A stretch of DNA of 64,000 nucleotides from an uncultured delta proteobacterium (lineage in GTDB: Bacteria; Desulfobacterota; Desulfomonilia; UBA1062): contig CAWCTR010000024.1 of the NCBI GenBank assembly GCA_963798485.1, positions 50,847-114,846 of the forward strand, given 5' to 3'. Made by a program: the position numbers and the translations under genes. Shown in pieces: positions 61,518-64,000 of this stretch (its first letter is position 1; each line of letters starts with the position of its first letter). A model generated the notes under the pieces. That model searched no databases. It was not told the DNA's origin and saw nothing but the letters and a program-made list of their open reading frames with translations.

Positions 61518-62324
61518 CTAAGGCATGTTTCTCACAATGCCCGGCTCCATCATATACCAAAGACGCTCCGGCATTATCTTCGCTGCTACATACGCGATTT
61601 TATTGCCCACACCGGGAATACATACCACGCTGTTTTTTTTCTTCAGCTCACGCAATGAAGCGCTAACGACTTCTTCGGGTCGCATCCATTTTCTCGTCGG
61701 CTTATCCTCAATAATATTCATATCCACATCGATTCCTCTGCCGAGGTCAGTCCTCGTGAAGCCGGGAAGCACGCACTGAATCTTTATTCCATGGGCTCTT
61801 AGCTCACAATGGAGGCACATGGAGAAATTTTTCATAAATGCTTTGGCAGAACTGTATGTAGTGCTCAGCGACATGGGAGTAACGGCTTGAAGAGACGCCA
61901 CGTTGATAATTGTACCCGCTTTTCTTTCTATCATGCCGGGGAGAACTGCATGGGTCAGTTTCATCATGGCGATCACATGCACAAGAACCATCTTTTCCTG
62001 CTCAACAATGTCTTCCTGGTGGTAGAAACCCTTTGTAGTGAATCCGGCGTTGTTTACAAGGACATCGACGGGACAGTCTTTCTTGATTTGCTCAGTGAGC
62101 AGATCAACATCTCTTTCATTGGACAATTCAGTGATAGCTACATTAACTCTCACCCCAAACTTTTTTTCGATCTCACATGCGACGCTTTCAATGATATTTC
62201 TTCTCCGGCCGGTGATGATAAGATCGTAACCCATTTCTGCAAAACCTTGGGCATATGCGGCACCGATGCCACTTGTTGCACCGGTGATCACAGCTTTTTT
62301 TCTTCCATTTGGTGTGAGCATCAA
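61518..62324 (-). CDS. Short-chain dehydrogenase/reductase
   Basis: TGATSGIG, LVNNAG, YSSAK, PGFTRT. Confidence 0.92.
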   Translation of the reverse strand: MMLTPNGRKKAVITGATSGIGAAYAQGFAEMGYDLIITGRRRNIIESVACEIEKKFGVRVNVAITELSNERDVDLLTEQIKKDCPVDVLVNNAGFTTKGFYHQEDIVEQEKMVLVHVIAMMKLTHAVLPGMIERKAGTIINVASLQAVTPMSLSTTYSSAKAFMKNFSMCLHCELRAHGIKIQCVLPGFTRTDLGRGIDVDMNIIEDKPTRKWMRPEEVVSASLRELKKKNSVVCIPGVGNKIAYVAAKIMPERLWYMMEPGIVRNMP

Positions 62325-62395
62325 TCGTTCACCTTACTCCTCAATAACCTCGACTCGATCATATCAAGGCAATCCCTTCATCCTTTGGGGTCTCC

Positions 62396-63253
62396 TTACT
62401 TTTTCTTGTCCGAGGCGACATTCGCCTGTTTCTGAGCGGCCACCAGAACCTCAGGCTTTTCGCGTAAGGTGTCCATCACCGCCTGGATATCCGGGGCATA
62501 GATCAGCCACTGGATGGCATTGCGTTCCAGTGCCAGGGCCGCATCCAGGCTGCCGCACTCCAGCGAGCGCCCCATGACTTCCTTTGCCATGCGCAGAGCG
62601 ATGACCTTTTTCGAGCTGATATTCGCTACGACTTCGCTGAACTTTGCTTCAAACTCATCGTCCTTAAACACGCGGGTCAGGAAACCCATTTCGTACATGT
62701 CGCGCGCCAGAAAATCTTTGCGTCCGCTGTAGATGATCTCACGCGCACGGTAGATAGGCATGGCACGGGCAATGCGCACCGTGCCGCCCCATCCGGGCAG
62801 GATACCCATGTTGATTTCGGTGGTGCCGAACTTCGCTGTCTCCTTGGCATAAATCAAGTCGCACATCAGGGCGAGTTCCAGGCCACCGGCGAGGCAGTGA
62901 CCGGTAACCTTGGCAATGACAACTTTTTCACAAAGCTCAATGGCCTTGCCGATGCCATAGCCGTCGTGAGCCAGCCAGTTCATTGATTCCGAATGCTCCG
63001 CCAGAGACGGAAAGACGCTCAGGTCGCCACCAGTGCAAAAAGCCTTCCCATTTCCGCCGAGGACGACCACTGCCACTTCGGGAACATCTCTGACCTTCCG
63101 GAAAGCATCGAGCAGTTCGGCAGCCATTTCTCTGTTGATGGCGTTGTACGCAGCCATTTCTCTGTTGATGGCGTTATATTTGTCCGGCCTGTTCAGAGTA
63201 ATGTTGCATACCGATCCCTTGATTTCATAAATGATGGTTGTGTATTCTGACAT
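62396..63253 (-). CDS. Enoyl-CoA hydratase/isomerase family protein
   Basis: ITLNRP..NA, AFCTGGDL, G..LAGGLELAL.CD, FG..E...G..PGWGG. Confidence 0.92.
   Translation of the reverse strand: MSEYTTIIYEIKGSVCNITLNRPDKYNAINREMAAYNAINREMAAELLDAFRKVRDVPEVAVVVLGGNGKAFCTGGDLSVFPSLAEHSESMNWLAHDGYGIGKAIELCEKVVIAKVTGHCLAGGLELALMCDLIYAKETAKFGTTEINMGILPGWGGTVRIARAMPIYRAREIIYSGRKDFLARDMYEMGFLTRVFKDDEFEAKFSEVVANISSKKVIALRMAKEVMGRSLECGSLDAALALERNAIQWLIYAPDIQAVMDTLREKPEVLVAAQKQANVASDKKK
63120..63178. repeat. 30-bp tandem duplication inside the enoyl-CoA hydratase gene
   Basis: GCAGCCATTTCTCTGTTGATGGCGTT occurs twice with period 30; protein reads YNAINREMAA twice. Confidence 0.9.
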
Positions 63254-63265
63254 AGATCATCTCCT

Positions 63266-63684
63266 TTACTTTTTGCCGGCAGGACGGAAGTAGGGCAGAA
63301 AATATCCGTTACGTTCATGAAATACGACTTCTACGTCCATGTCGAAACTGGATATCCTCCGGTTTACAGTCCACGATCCGGGTCATCATTCTTATCCCCT
63401 CTTCAAGATCAACATAGGCAATCGTATAGGGAAGCTCATCCATAAACTTGGGCTCCACCATGCTATAGGCCGTGGAGAATGTTAAAATCTGTGGCCTTGC
63501 CGCTCGCCTCGATCCAGTCCAGGTTGCCGGACCAGCACTCAGGACAGAATTTTCTCGGATAGAATATTTTTGATTTACAGTCCTTGCAGACCTGGATAAG
63601 GAGTTTGCCCTGTTTTGTTCCCTCCCAAAATTTTTCCGACCACGGTTGTGTCTCCGGAATGGGTTTTGTCATATCGAATTCCAT
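63266..63684 (-). CDS. DUF35 Zn-ribbon/OB-fold protein (frameshifted)
   Basis: FWEG...GKL.IQ.C..C....YPR..CP.C; PY.IAYVDLEEG.RMMT and LPYFRP continue in other frames. Confidence 0.85.
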
Positions 63685-64000
63685 TATTTAATCTCCTTTC
63701 CCCAGATGGTGGCGATGTTGTTGAATCCCGATCCGCCGCCGGCATTCTGGTAGACGTATTTGCAGTTTTTAACCTGACGCTCGCCGGCCTTGCCCATGAG
63801 CTGTCTTGCTGTTTCCACATAGCACGCCGAACTAACACCTGAACCTGTGTGTCCTCTGCCCGGCGCATCACCGATTGTTGACCAGGGGATATCCCCGCCA
63901 AAGGACATCCTGCCTTCAAGGAAGTATTTCCCGCCCATTCCCGCAGGTGCCACCCCGAGCAACTCCGACACCATCGGATGCGCAAGGGGATAAGCAAGAT
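63684..64000 (-). CDS. Thiolase-family (SCP-x/non-thiolytic type) protein, C-terminal part; truncated by window end
   Basis: E.LG.A..G.GG.....G....GG.IP, GRGH, E..RQL.G.AGERQV; TAATG coupling to the DUF35 gene. Confidence 0.75.
   Translation of the reverse strand, partial: LAYPLAHPMVSELLGVAPAGMGGKYFLEGRMSFGGDIPWSTIGDAPGRGHTGSGVSSACYVETARQLMGKAGERQVKNCKYVYQNAGGGSGFNNIATIWGKEIK

Overview
64 kb of bacterial chromosome with about 65 coding regions and no rRNA, intact tRNA or CRISPR array. The gene content suggests an anaerobic Desulfobacterota/'deltaproteobacterial' organism (inference). (1) 1-16.3 kb is an accessory region: a light/oxidative-stress-like gene set (CFA synthase, TudS/DUF523-like, SOUL, bacterioferritin, TIGR01777, class II photolyase, phytoene-desaturase-like), a complete IS1182 element, a PAS hybrid kinase and a HigBA-like toxin-antitoxin pair. 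It ends at a duplicated 3' half of tRNA-Leu(TAA) that looks like the right attachment site of an integrated island. (2) 16.3-52.5 kb mixes housekeeping and accessory genes (uppP, mscL, aqpZ, ftsH, msrAB, typA, ychF-like, ettA, rfbC, nadE, signalling proteins). It also holds a PA2779/C39-peptidase/TPR trio, a REP-associated tyrosine transposase carrying REPs inside its own reading frame, a 500-bp cluster of three palindromic repeat families, and two small basic ORFs missed by the ORF track. (3) 52.7-64 kb is a minus-strand catabolic operon of unknown substrate: non-canonical thiolase + DUF35, enoyl-CoA hydratase, SDR, acyl-CoA dehydrogenase, CoA ligase, two tandem [Fe-S flavoenzyme (OYE) + amidohydrolase] modules with an altered metal motif, and an exported START protein. 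This operon is the best candidate for an undescribed system. Several single-base frameshifts, denser toward the right end, look like long-read/consensus errors. All calls come from motif recognition by eye; no searches were run.
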